Source: Amoebidium appalachense | Lineage: Eukaryota > Protista > Ichthyosporea | DNA length: 64,000 nucleotides | Reading direction: 5' to 3' | Assembly (NCBI GenBank): GCA_963693365.1 | Contig: CAVNZM010000001.1 | Span: 3,860,907-3,924,906, forward strand | Part shown: piece by piece, positions 21,903 through 60,889 of the stretch | Layout: each line of letters opens with the position of its first letter | Numbering within the stretch: position 1 is the stretch's first letter | The notes under the pieces: generated by a model | The model's input: the letters and a program-made list of their open reading frames with translations, nothing else | Database searches by the model: none | Told to the model about the DNA's origin: nothing | Translations under genes and position numbers: made by a program

Positions 21903-22370
21903 TGTGTGCGTGCCACGGTGTGCGTGTCTGTGTGTGTGTGTGTGTGCGCGCGTGCCCGTGTGTGTGTGTGTGTGTGTGCCACGTGTGTGTGTGTGTGTGT
22001 GCCACGGTGTATGTGATCGTGAGCCGGGCTGGCCGGCAACGAGATCACCTGCCTTGGTAGTGGTTCCCGTCATTTCTCTGCAAGTGGGCAAATATCATGA
22101 CTTCATCTGAAGGAAGGAGCTGGAGCATGACATACAATAAGCGCATGCGTGCACCTGCAATTTAATATGTTGAGGGGTTTAGGGAGCTCATTTGTGTGGG
22201 AAACTCCGAGTCTGCAATTGGGGCGGCCTTAGAAAACTTTTTTTTTTTTTTTTTTTTTTTTTTGAGGAGGGAAGGAGGGTGGAGGGGTGGGTGGGTGGGT
22301 GGGGGGGGGGGGGGGGGGGGGGGGGGGGAGGGGGTGGGGGAGGGTGGGGGCCTGGTCTGGGGCCGGGAGA

Positions 22371-22415
<45 letters not shown>

Positions 22416-22886
22416 GAGGGGGGGGGGGGGGGGGAGCGAGTGGATAACATTGTCCTATAGCGAATGAAGCCTCTGACTGTGAGAGACCCCAGGGGCATGG
22501 GGAGAGGAGAGATCACACCTCCGGAGAGTCGTTCTTCGTGGGTGTAACAGTTGGCAGGTGGTGATGGTGGCCCGGAGGCTTCATGGGGAGGGGGAGGGGG
22601 GCAGGGGATGGGAAGATTCAGGTAGTGTGTAGTTTAAGTAATGCCAGGTGATTGCAATTGTAAATTTGAACGACGGCTAGGCCCGGAAGCTTCGATGTTT
22701 AACGGTTTCAAGTTATACGTATATACGATAGTAGTGGGATGATCATGGCATGCATTGGCCCATTTGAAATTTGTTATATATATTTTGAGTCTTATATAAC
22801 GTGTTGAACATCCGGTTTACATTTAGCCATAGCAGCCGGAGCCTCAGGCCCTGGGGATGTCGTCACGGCGGCTACTGAGCTGGCCG

Positions 22887-22941
<55 letters not shown>

Positions 22942-23415
22942 GGGGGAAGGGGGGCATGCATATGCTTGTGGTAGGTGCTGCGCTTGCACGTATGTTCATA
23001 TCACACAGCGCCCATCGGGTTGCTGCATGATAATGATGTGTGTGACGTCACCCACTCATTCTTGTTGCACGTACACAACATATCGAATGTGCTTATTGAA
23101 GTTCACTTTGTATTGGTGTGTTCGTTTGTGTGCTGTGGCCTCAAGCGTGGCACCAAACATAGGGCATGGCGTCTCCCTATATCTTAAATACATCGGTGTT
23201 AAAGGCTGCAACATTCGGTTGATGCACATCGAGTCCAAACTCTCCCTTTTGATGATTTAAGACTAACATAAACCCAATCGAATTCTTTAGAACCCTCCTT
23301 AATCCTGTGTGTGTGTGCTTGAAAACCCATATGCATACAGAAGATGAAATTTTCGGTTGTGGGGTTGCAACATCGCAAAGACCCCACACGCCGCATACTT
23401 TCATGCAACCAGAAA

Positions 23416-23517
23416 CTACTCTGCGCCTCGGCTCGTGTCGCGTTGCAGGCGGGTGGCATAGGCCTTGGCAACCAAATTCCACGCCTCAAGATAGCGATCC
23501 ATACACTTGGCCAGGCA

Positions 23518-23569
<52 letters not shown>

Positions 23570-24048
23570 TGTGTGCTTGTGCTCACGTAAATGTGTCTGA
23601 TCGCTCCCGGCGCATCAGGGGCAGTTGTGGATGTGTAGGTACAGTTGAGGATGAGTGAGCACAGCCCCGCAGCAATCCCAAGTCAAACGGCTAAAGTCCA
23701 TCGCTCACACCATCGTAACGGCAAAATTTATCATCGACGTCTTTCATCCCCCCCCCCCCCCCCCCCCCCCCCCCTTCAAACACACAGACACGCCCACAAC
23801 CACACAGACACAAAAAAGGCAATAAAACTCAACCCATGTAACGAACATTAGGATATTCCTTCTACTCAAATAAAAGCATGGGGAACAGGTCAAGAATACC
23901 CCCCCTCCCCCCCCGCACACGGGGGAGAAGGAAGTGGGACGGAGTGGGTGGGTAGGAGTCTCTCTAATCACACGGACAAATAACCAAAAAAAGCCCCCGC
24001 ATTGTACACACAATCTGCCCCCCCCCCCCCCCCCCCCCCACACACACA

Positions 24049-24091
<43 letters not shown>

Positions 24092-24144
24092 AACAACAAC
24101 AACAACAAAACCAATTGCCTTTGCCCACAAACACAGACACACAC

Positions 24145-24237
<93 letters not shown>

Positions 24238-25585
24238 CACACACACACACGTTCATCTGTAAGCCTTCGACGTGCCTATCCACAAACATTTGCACTCACA
24301 GCATATTTGGCAAACGGACAAGGGGGGGATTTAAAGGGGGGGGGGGGTGATGTATGCGTTAGAGGGTTGGAAATATGGAGGAGACAACCAAGAGCAACAA
24401 CAAAACGTCACAAAAGTGGGAAATCCAAAATCAAACAATTTAAGCGTGCAGGCAGAAGACACTTGAACTGAGCCCATCCTCAGGGGGGTACGTGAGGGGG
24501 AGGGGTGGAGGTGGTATAATTTGGCAAGCACATTCCAAGGAAAAACATGAGCAAAAATACGCTATGGAAAAAAAAAAAAAAGCATGCAAGGCGAAAGGGA
24601 GGGTGGGAGAGATATGCCGAGAGGGCTTGCTAGGGTTATAAGACACAGCCAACATAGAACAAAAAAAAAGGGGGGAGGGGGGGGGGGTTTGAATGTGTCA
24701 AAAAGTACAAAGTACACAAGAACAAACGGATAACACGATGCAGAATGCAAGCCATACATAAAGAGTATGCATAATAAGCAGAGCCCATCCTCAGGGGGGG
24801 CCCACGTCATCCACAGTACCCAAGTTTCGACCTATTCACCTCGTTAACGAAACCCAACTCAGATACTGCTTCACTTGAACATGGGTAGGTCACCCGTCTT
24901 GATCAGAAACGAGCAGGGTTGCTTATGCAGGCAAGGGCAGTGGGAAAGGCCGGGGGTTAAGGTTGCAGCAGTAAGCAGAAGCAAGAAAAATATGGATAGG
25001 AACTCAGGAGACGGGGCTTCCAGGAAGCTCCCCCGTCGCTACCTAAGTCGATACTTCCCTGGCTAACATCCTACACCAGCTGAAAAGAATTAAGTCCCGA
25101 AGGCCGCAGAATTCACAATCAGAGGGGAAAATATGAGATTTGACCCACGCCGCAGGGTAGTAACACGCTTACTAGGGCGGAACTTTAACGTCTTCGAACG
25201 AAAAGCTATGCCCCCGGATGTCAGCCGGAAATATGGTATCACCCATTGCTTTGGGCTTGAAAAAAGTCAAACCGATAGTCCGAGTTATGTTACGCCGGCG
25301 GGTAACATGCCGCATGGGTTCCAAGGGAGCTGTCGCCAACAGAGCGGTGTGTGCATGCGTGCGCGTAACACAATGTGTGAAGTGTGTCTATAGCTATGAA
25401 AGGGGGTATGCAGAAGTGGACAGATGAAGTGTGTGGAGAGAAAAACAGTAGGAAGAAAAGTAGACACCGGTGTGTGCAACCCCGCACAACATACACACAC
25501 ACACACACATAAATAAGCGAAGATTACAGGTAATCAACCAGAACAACAAATGACAAGCAAAACAACAGGCGCCAAAAAAAAAAAG

Positions 25586-25616
<31 letters not shown>

Positions 25617-26862
25617 AAAGGGGGGGGGAGGGGGAGGGGGGTCTTAGGGGTGCTGCAGAATCGTCAGATATTAGACAAATCGTACCAATACGATCATTCT
25701 CTCATATATGAGAGAAGATTGTGACTAACGATGTGCAGAGCTGGTTAAGACCTGTTGAGTGTGCAGAGAAAATGGGAGGGGAAGGAGGTAGGGAAGGGGG
25801 GGGGGGGGGGGGGGGGGGGGGGTAAAAGCGGTGGTGACCTCGCTATTTTGGGGGGGGGGGGGGGGGTTGTATGTGTGTGTGTACTGGGGGGGGGGAGGGG
25901 AGGGGACCGAGGTTGGTGGGTCTGGGGGAGGGCTATGTGTGTGTGTCTGTGCGGAGAAGGGGTAGAAGTTGTGGTATCCGGGTACTTTGGGCAGAGGGAA
26001 GTTGATTGTCTGAGGGAAGGGATCAATGTGTGTGTGTGTGTGTGCGCGCGCGCGCGTGTGTGCGGTGTGCAAACGTTGCATGTGTCTGGCGTATGTGTGA
26101 AGAAGCAGGGTGTTGAGGGGGGGGTGGGGGCACATACGCGGTCACTGCTTGACAGGTCGGGTCCAGGCTTAGTTATGCACTTGGCAAAGCACTTGTCCGT
26201 GACTTTCTGCACGGTAGGCATATCGTCAGGGGATGGTTGTCATACAGGAACAATCCCCCCCCTACACCCCCCTCCCCCCTCGCTCCGGTTTCCATACCCG
26301 TCATCCTCCCTCACACATGCACAGTTTTTCAATCACTTCACGTCTCCAAACCACTATCTTTCCGCTGTGACCCCCCCCCCCCCCCCAAAATAACAACCAC
26401 ACACATCCCATCCCTTCCCCCGACGAGCCTCCCCCGAACCCACCTCAAGCACCTCCCCTCTCCCTCCTTGCCCTGCAAAGTATCTTGCGCCAACCTTTGC
26501 AATTCACTTGACGACTACAGTTGTCTAGAGTATGCAAACAAAAGCCCCACACCTGTTTTTGTTTAGTTCTCAGCACAGACCCCCCCACCCCCACCCCCAC
26601 TCCCCCCACCACCCCCCCCCCCCAAAAAAAAACAAAAAAAAAACAAAAAAACCCCACTATACCACCCTGTCCTCTATCCGTCATCTAAGTTCCCTATCCC
26701 CCCTCCCCTTTCCCCCTACTTCCTCCCTCCCTACCTAGGTATCTAAACCCGACTCAGCGTCCCCCCCCCCCCCCAAAAAAAAAAAAAAAAAAAAGAAAAA
26801 AAAAGTGTTCTCTTGCCCTCTATGTTCCGTGTCCAGGCATGGACTCCCTTATACTAGCAGGC

Positions 26863-26907
<45 letters not shown>

Positions 26908-27337
26908 TTGCCCGTTCACTCAGCACCGCTTAGCGGCCATAGCCAGCAGGCAAGGACGCACGCACAAAAAGAGCATCCAGCAGTCACGAAATAGGCAAAA
27001 AAAACGCTGCCTGGACACAAAAACGTATAAGGGCACAGGGGCACACGACCTCACCCTCCCCTTCTCCCTCCCTCCCCCCCCCCCCCTCCGCTTCCCAAAA
27101 AACCCAGCTCTCACCTTCTTCCCCTTAAAATTTCCCAACCCAAGTGGACACAACCGGGCGCGCACACGCACAAGCACACACAAACACGCACAAGCACACA
27201 CATTCACAATTCCATACCTGCAGCAGCTCCTGTGCGTTTGCGATGGCCATCTGCCCGCGCACCTGGTCCATAATCTCCTGCTTGTTGGGCGCAGTGGCCC
27301 CGGCACGCTGCCCGCCAAAATCATTGAACCCACTCAT
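23416..27337 (-). CDS. TIM13: Mitochondrial intermembrane-space small Tim chaperone Tim13; exons 27337-27218, 26206-26138, 23520-23416; 97 aa
   Basis: Spliced product MSGFNDF...QVRGQMAIANAQELLQ|KVTDKCFAKCITKPGPDLSSSDR|VCLAKCMDRYLEAWNLVAKAY... has the twin CX3C motif. Both introns are phase-0 GT-AG. Confidence 0.95.
24348..24488 (-). mobile_element. SINE-like repeat, 3' module B (copy at 52118)
   Basis: TGATGTATGC...GCGTGCAGGCAGAAGACACTTGAAC is shared with 52118-52237 and is followed here by the family hairpin GAGCCCATCCTCAGGGG. Confidence 0.7.
24688..25090 (-). mobile_element. ~400-bp SINE-like structured repeat (module A + core + 5' part) in Tim13 intron 2
   Basis: Near-identical over its whole length to 59216-59618. 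Abuts a G-run, i.e. poly(C) 3' of the element on the - strand. Confidence 0.85.
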
Positions 27338-27789
27338 GGTGAAGTATTCAGTTGTTACTTTCTGACGACAAGACTGGTTTTAGAAGAACTCAGGGAGAGA
27401 GGCCGCAGCTTCTGGCATCCCATGCATGCGCGCAGTTTGCGGCAATCGATGGTCACCTGTTTAGCTAAAAATAGGCACATGGACACTTGTGTCCCTATTT
27501 ATAGCTATCTACAGGCGGCCCAAACAGATCTGGCTCCCTATACCTTGTGAACTTGGAATAGCTCGAGCATCATCTGAGGAGCTTGCAGAACTACAATATT
27601 TTTGTCCGAAGATATTTACTAGATGTATTTTTTTATCTCAGATTATTCCGTTAGAAATTAGAAGACTGGCTTATTTAGATAATCCTGATATTACGTCTAT
27701 TGACTATCTGTTGTGTTGAACCACGGTATGTTTAACGAGTTTTCTCCACCCTTCGAGTAATTTCCCCACCCGATTCCTTATTGGGTTTA

Positions 27790-29524
27790 CACACTTTTTA
27801 TTGCGTGGACATTGCCGGAGGCCCAGCCACATTCGACGGCCTACTTATACGGCGTAGTTCGGACCATTCCCCTGAGTTTTCGGTTTCCTTCCCTGTTCAC
27901 TTCGGCGCTAACACGTACTGACGTGTTGCCGCACGTGCGACGTTTTAACATCTACTCAGGCGGCAAAAAAAAAAAAGAAAAAAAAAAAAAAAGAAAGGAG
28001 CCACCGCCTCAGTAGGTGGTAGACTTCGGCGGGGCTACTCAGACTAACCGCCGCCTCTTACCTCGCGGTTTCAAGCACAAGTTAAACCAGTTACTCGCCG
28101 TCAAGGAGTATGAGTCGGTTCATGGCTTCTTTCTTGCCGCAGTGCGCGACGCCTGTGCGCAGCGGAACCCGGCTATTTGGAGGTTTGTTATAATGAGTTT
28201 GTTGAGTTTCTGTTTGCCCTTGGCCTATGATATTTTATAGATCAAAGTGGTCCCTAGGACTGGCAGTCCCCTCCCTCGCCCAATCGAATACAAGTATTTG
28301 GGGATTCCGGTGGACGAATGGGGCATATGTTTCAAACGGATGATCGACGTCGACCGTCGGGTGGAGAGTGCAGGCAGGTGTCTTCGGTTATTTAGGGATG
28401 TGTATCTTTCTACTCTTTCTCATACTGTCCACCTATACAATCGTCTTAGTATATTTCGCACATATATTCGCCCTTTGTCTGAATACGGGTTGCCCTTACT
28501 AGCTATAGCACCCCCTGATACTGTTACTAATGTCCTCAAATCAATAGATGATTTCCACTACAACAACTTGTTGTACGTTTCTCACTGGTCTTTCCACACC
28601 TATCCCTAGACGCCTTTTTGATTCTCTCTACGCACTCATGACTCACACCACCATCACAACGCGTACACGAATTAGCCCTTAAATTTCACGAGCACATCAC
28701 CCGCCTGTCCGCTTGTGCCCCGGACCACCCGCTCTTCCGGCTACACGCATCCCCGCCGGACTCGCCCCTCTACCTCTTCCCTTCCCCATCGTCTCTGCCC
28801 ATATGCATTGCCGAGCGTTATGTGGAATGGCTGGCGACCCCACCGGAGGTACGGCTAGATCATAGTGTGAATATGAATAGTTTCAAGTCTATGGCTGATA
28901 GATATCTTTTTACTCTACGTGTTGAGTCCCTTCCGGTGTTAGGACCGCAAAAACACCAACTACTAGTAGCCTATATGGCGGATACGGTTAGAGAGTCTCG
29001 TTCATACATAGATTCGTTTATTCGTAATGTGGTGTGGTGTAAAAACGCAAAGATGATTATGGCTTGACGGTGTAATCGGTTTCTGGTGTCTCTTGCTCGT
29101 ATGTGTAATGGGTCAACCCAATATGTGTGGGAGGCGGTTTACTCGCGGCTGCATATCTATCAATAAGTGCAACCTGTACATGTTAGCTAACGTATTAGAA
29201 CCGGAGGTTATTGGCGGTTTTATTCTCTTTTCTTCCTCTCTTCCTCAATATATCCGTTTTAAGATGACTATCCTAGATCACCTTATTAATGCTGCACAGT
29301 ATGATATTGTGATCCGGTTTCTTAACTTTCTTTCGGAGCTACCGATGCTAGCCTCTGCTTACCCATAATATGTAATAGTAGGGGTGTCATATACTACGAT
29401 GGCGCTCATTGTTGCCTAGCATGTACATATGCCACTGGCTGCATTTGATTGGCTGCGCTGGAAAACGCAGTAGGCCGTCGAATGTGGCTGGGCCTCCGGC
29501 AGTGTCCACGCAATAAAAAGTGTG
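27790..29524. mobile_element. TA-flanked TIR element (Tc1/mariner-type ends) with 55-bp TIRs and no transposase
   Basis: 27790-27844 CACACTTTTTATTGCGTGGAC...GGCCTAC matches the reverse complement of 29470-29524 with 1 mismatch. TA lies at 27788-27789 and 29525-29526. Confidence 0.85.
28247..29368 (+). pseudogene. Decayed 3' portion of a LINE RT ORF related to the 5484-7361 element
   Basis: EYKYLGIPVD, RLSIFRTYIRPLSEYGLPLLA, RFTRGCI..KC and TILDHLIN align with EYKYLGVPVD, RLTFIRTFVFPACEYGLPLLA, QFNRSCIAKC and NILDFILN. The ORF is broken by stops and frameshifts. Confidence 0.85.
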
Positions 29525-29869
29525 TATTGTATGTAGTAGGACCGACTCAAAAGAATGGAATGTACAAATGGAGATTATGGAATGCGCTCAAGCGGCAGCG
29601 ATTACTCTAGAGCATCACCGGCAGCCAATCATGTCAGGATGCATCACAAGTCAACATGAGAAAAAGAAGACTTAAGCTTTTAGTATTTAGGAAAAAGGAA
29701 GGGAGGAAACAGGATAATACAAGCCTGTTGCTACTAAAGATGCTCTCTTTGCGACTCGATTATTGTTTCAAATCTTTCCTTCTAAGCACCATTATTGATA
29801 AGTTTGGGAAGGTCTTGATTCTCGTGATGAATGATGACTGTTGCGCCTGCCCAATGCATATGCCACGGT

Positions 29870-30050
29870 CAGGGATGTACCGACTTGACTGCCAGTCGTC
29901 AGTCGTAGTCATGGAAATTGCAAAGTGGTGTAGTCGTAGTCGAGTCGCCGAGGGTGCCACCTACGACTATAGGCCCCACGACTTTGGGGAAGGGGGGGGG
30001 GGGGGAGGGGGGGGAAAAATGCTCATGTGCACATGTGGGCAATGAAATCC
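29870..30050 (+). mobile_element. Second copy of the CAGGGATGTACCGACTTGACT transposon end
   Basis: Homologous to the reverse complement of 17105-17359. No partner end was found downstream. Confidence 0.65.
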
Positions 30051-30068
30051 TCCCCTGTCCTCCCTCCC

Positions 30069-30124
<56 letters not shown>

Positions 30125-30170
30125 GGTCCTGTGAGTCCTTTTTCTGGTCTGCAGGAGTTTTTTTTTTTTT

Positions 30171-30225
<55 letters not shown>

Positions 30226-31130
30226 ACACACACACACCGTGCACTGTGGGCAGTCTGAGGCACGGAGACACACACATACACACAATGTGATACACACCAC
30301 ACACACACACACACACACACACCACACAGTCACACAAACACACCCAGTGACGAACGAACACAAAATCCAAATGTACACACAGACATGTGCACACATTTTC
30401 GCACAGCGAGCCGCCCGAGATCTGCACGTACGTGAGGTGTAGGATGCAAAATTACTAGTCAGTTATCTTTCAGCTATCTTCATTCGTAGGGCACCGTAGT
30501 TCCACGAACTTCCATTGTGTAGCTTTAGTGCTGTAAAGGGTGTTCTTGCTACAATCTCACTCCGGGTCTATATCATCGCAAAAAGGAATACTGGACTGCA
30601 CTACATTGTATCCAGTTGCCTAGAGTCGAAGGATATGTAACATATATGTCAGGCGGTTGCCAACCACCTGGCCCAGTAAGGTATATCAGAAATGCCGGAA
30701 TTCCTATAACAGGGTAGTTTAAGAGTTATCCTGGCATGATGAGCAGAGAGGCCGCCCGGACCAAACATGCGAAAAATGTACAAAGAGCCCGAGGTGTGAG
30801 GGAAGATGCTCAGAGAACAGGAGATGGCATGCTGACGGTTAGTGGCTTATTGCCTTTTTAAGAATTCGCCTATCTGTTTTCTGTTTTTCTTTTGTCACTG
30901 TGGTGGTGTGCCACGCTGCTAGACCTTTCAAAGGTAGCTCTTAGTTTTTTAAGCTGACAGCTCGGTCATACGGCGGCTGAGGCCACAGCAGTGTGCGACC
31001 ACGTGCACGCTGTAATCCTGGTCAGAGGAGGTTACGCACCGGCATCAGGGATCAGACGTGCATAGAACTTGATGATCTTGCACAGTAGCCAGTAAAGTGC
31101 AAGCAGCTAATAAATAGCCTCTATGTAAAA

Positions 31131-31257
31131 CCTACCAGCTACTGAGGCGGTGTCTCCCTTTTCTTTTTTTTTTTTTTTTTTTTTTTTTTTGCAAAAAGGG
31201 ACGCCTCAAGTAGATGTATAACGTCGCACGTGCGGCAACACATCAGTACGTGTTAGA
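31131..31257 (-). repeat. Inverted copy of the hairpin-rich cassette at 27908-28022
   Basis: CTAACACGTACTGAYGTGTTGCCGCACGTGCGACGTT...CATCTACT..GGCG-(A)n-CACCGCCTCAGTAG is present at both sites in opposite orientation. Confidence 0.75.
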
Positions 31258-31449
31258 TGTAAAACCGGTAGTAAATGCATCGCCACTTGCCATTCATTCA
31301 AGTCCAGGCCGTGAACATATCAGTCGATCCTACACTCAACCTGACCTTTAACACATCCAAGAACCACATTCTCCTCTACTTTCCCACTGCCACCTGGCTC
31401 CATACACCTCTTGAGAATTAGCTCTTATGCAGTACGGAACACCCCAACT

Positions 31450-32896
31450 ATGAGCAACCTACTTTTCCTGCGCATCTACGGGCCCATGTTTCTGTGTGCG
31501 CTGGCTATATCTTTGGGCTATGCTGTGCTCTCAGTCCACCTTGCCCGCGTACCGACCAGCAAGGCCGACAACCTTCTATTTTTGGTGCTGCTGCCATGGC
31601 TGGGCTACTTTCTGCAGGGCCTGCAGTGGGTGCTCTATGCGTACTACCCACCCCTCCGTGACGTAAGTTCCTCTGCTCTCCACCCCCATGTGGCACCAGT
31701 CTATACACACAGACGGAGCCAGATCTCACGCTTCCAAACCGCTTGTTTACAGTCTTCTTGGTCTCGGACGGGTGTACAGAGCCACACAATCAGTGCGAAT
31801 GCACATAACGTAAAAACGGCATTATGTTGGATCTGGGTAGCCACCAATACTGAGCTTGGACACGTGCATGTGCGACGTGAAGTTGCGAACTCCATAGAAA
31901 TATTTGCATCAGTATGCCGTGAGTGCCCTGCCTATTGCCTCAACACCATGCTCTCTCCTACCCCCGCTACCATAAATTCTGATCACCAACACCACACAGG
32001 AGCCACTGCTGTGGGGTCTGCACTGGTTTGGGCGGCCACTCGTCCTCCTTCCAGTGTTGGTGTTTGCGTGGCGGCTTGCTATCGTGCACGTGGGCACGTT
32101 TGACTGGCGCACGTGCAGGCGCCGACCGCCGTTTCTCATTAGCCAGACACGGTACACCACACGGTGGATGTTTGTGAAGTTGGCCTGGCTAATGGTCCCC
32201 TTTGTGGTGTCGTACCTCGTGCTACTCTGGCACCCCAACAAGTATGTGGCCATAGATTACGTCCATGTGGCGCTGCAGGTGGCCATACAGTTGGGGCTGT
32301 TGGTGGCCGTGTTGTTGTTGCAGAGAGCACGCAGGAACACACAGAGCTACTGGCTGACCGAGGGACTGTTGTGGTGCCTCAAGTGGCTGTGTGCTACGTT
32401 TCTGGCCGGCCTCCTCATTGACAACATTGGTTGGGAGTTTTGGAGCCAATCGTTCATGGAGGGAGGATATCTGGTATTGGCCATGTACACACTGCAGGCC
32501 TTGGCGTGTTTTCACTTGTGGCAACACATGTTAAAAATACTTGCCAAGCCGAACCCGAATCCAAACGTCACGATTGGTGCCACAGCAGCACGCCCCACAC
32601 GCAAAGAGAAGGCAAATGACACTGTGAGCGTGGCTATGGAAGTAGACATTGTGCCAGACCAAAACCAACTCCGCCCCGTTATGTTCTGTGAGCCGGTCAA
32701 GCAAATATGCCCCCAAGACGACGTAGGGTTGGTGGGAAAGGAGGGGGAATGGCAACATACACACCAAGAGCATGCGGAGGGGGATGGAAAGGTGGTGATT
32801 GATGGGGCGGACGGCAATTGGACCATGCAACAACACAGGTGTGGCAGGGGGGGCTTGCAATCATGGGGAAAAGGAGGAAGTCCACATGAAAGGTGA
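31450..32896 (+). CDS. Orphan seven-transmembrane (GPCR-like) protein; exons 31450-31662 and 32000-32896; ~369 aa
   Basis: A phase-0 intron GTAAGT...CACAG joins the two ORFs. About seven hydrophobic segments are followed by a hydrophilic C-terminal tail. No family recognised. Confidence 0.65.
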
Positions 32897-33558
32897 GGCA
32901 TATGAATAGTCATACTATTTGGGATGTTGTGATTGACAGAAACACATGGCGACCAAACACCCAGTAGGTATGCAATTATGGGTCGAGTGGTTGGAATAGT
33001 CATGCTAGTCATGTTTTGTACTGGCAGGTACGTACGGTTGACAACAGAGTACATCGGCCCACCCACACCATGCATCGTACATGAATGCTCATGTTATAGC
33101 ACATTATTGTGTTCATGGTACAGTGAGAGAGAACGCATGAATGTGCCCACGCAGTGACTACTGACGGAACAGTCGGATATACATTGTTGTATTATAAATA
33201 CTGCATATTCAAGCACCCCAGCAATCGTTTATTGGGGACGTAAACATTCGGTATATCGAAAATATAAGTAGGCTACGTAAATATAGCGTAAATATAGCGG
33301 GTGCACGGGGTCATGTTACCCTGCTCTTAATGCGTCCCGATATTGGACAAAAACAGTTCATGCATGTTCATACCTACCTAACGACGAATGATAGTAACAC
33401 AACGTATATATGTACCTTGTTTGCTAAAGTAGTGTTGGCTGTGCCAAACATTCAATTCTTTACGTGTATGTTTACTTAGATAGCCAAATTGAAACTTATA
33501 ATACTTCATGTGTATTAATACTAAACCTAATGAATAGAATGTGTGATGTCGACATGCC

Positions 33559-60091
<26,533 letters not shown>

Positions 60092-60852
60092 TGTGAAGAA
60101 AATCCGTGAACTTGTAATAGAAAGAGGTCAAAATTGAAGAGGCGGGGGAGGGTTGGTGAGGAAAGGGGACATATATAATAAGCAGATTCTAACGAAGCAC
60201 ATCATGCATTCTGCACCTGTCCAACATAATTATCAGACATTAACTTACTGATGTGTTTCTCCCAGCTGTGCGTGTGTGTGCTTTTGTGGGAAGAAAGAGG
60301 GAGGGGGGGAGGGGGGAGGGGGAGGGGGGGGAGGATCTGGAACGTTGGGTTGATAATCTCAATTTTGAACATTCTAGCAAGTCTGCAGGTCATGATGAGG
60401 TGTGTGGTTGTCTGTTCGTACACGTGCGCTGACGACTTTCTGTGTGTGTGGGCAGGCAAGGCTTGGGCATGGAAAGGAGGGGCATGTGCAAGAGGATGTG
60501 TGCTTGTGTCTGTATTTCTTCAAAGTGATGAGGAAGCTTTTATCATCATTGAGTGAGAACGCAAGTCAGTGTGCAACATCACAAGAAACAACCAAACACA
60601 AACTGTTTCTCCACAATACTCCCTATGTCAGTGAGGGATCTTCAACCACAAAAGCCAAGCAAGTCGCGATGCAAGAATTTCTTTTTGGTTAAGCAACGAA
60701 CACTGAAGATTGAACAACAAGCAGCATACCTGAGATTGGGTGGGGCGCTTTTCCAAGGCTGGCCTGGAAGAAAACGGTTTAGTCATCATGACACAAACAA
60801 ACAGCTGGAACAGCAGGGGGTGGGGGGGGGGGGGAGGGGGGGGGGGGAGGAA

Positions 60853-60889
<37 letters not shown>

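Noticed and set aside
20570-22130. Scattered exon-like fragments
   Set aside because: No consistent splice chain or recognisable protein could be assembled.
24780-24921. Hammerhead (CUGAGGA/UGAUGA + GAAAC) or HDV-like (GGCUAAGGGG) ribozyme reading of the repeat core
   Set aside because: Motif order and helix connectivity do not match either fold, and the HDV catalytic C position is not conserved among copies.
25725-25752. Alternative last exon of Tim13 (VLTSSAHR*)
   Set aside because: It lacks the second CX3C motif, which the exon at 23416-23520 supplies.
17105-30050. 17105-17359 and 29870-30050 as the two TIRs of one element enclosing Tim13
   Set aside because: Each terminus has its element body extending away from the Tim13 interval, so they are the same end of two separate insertions.
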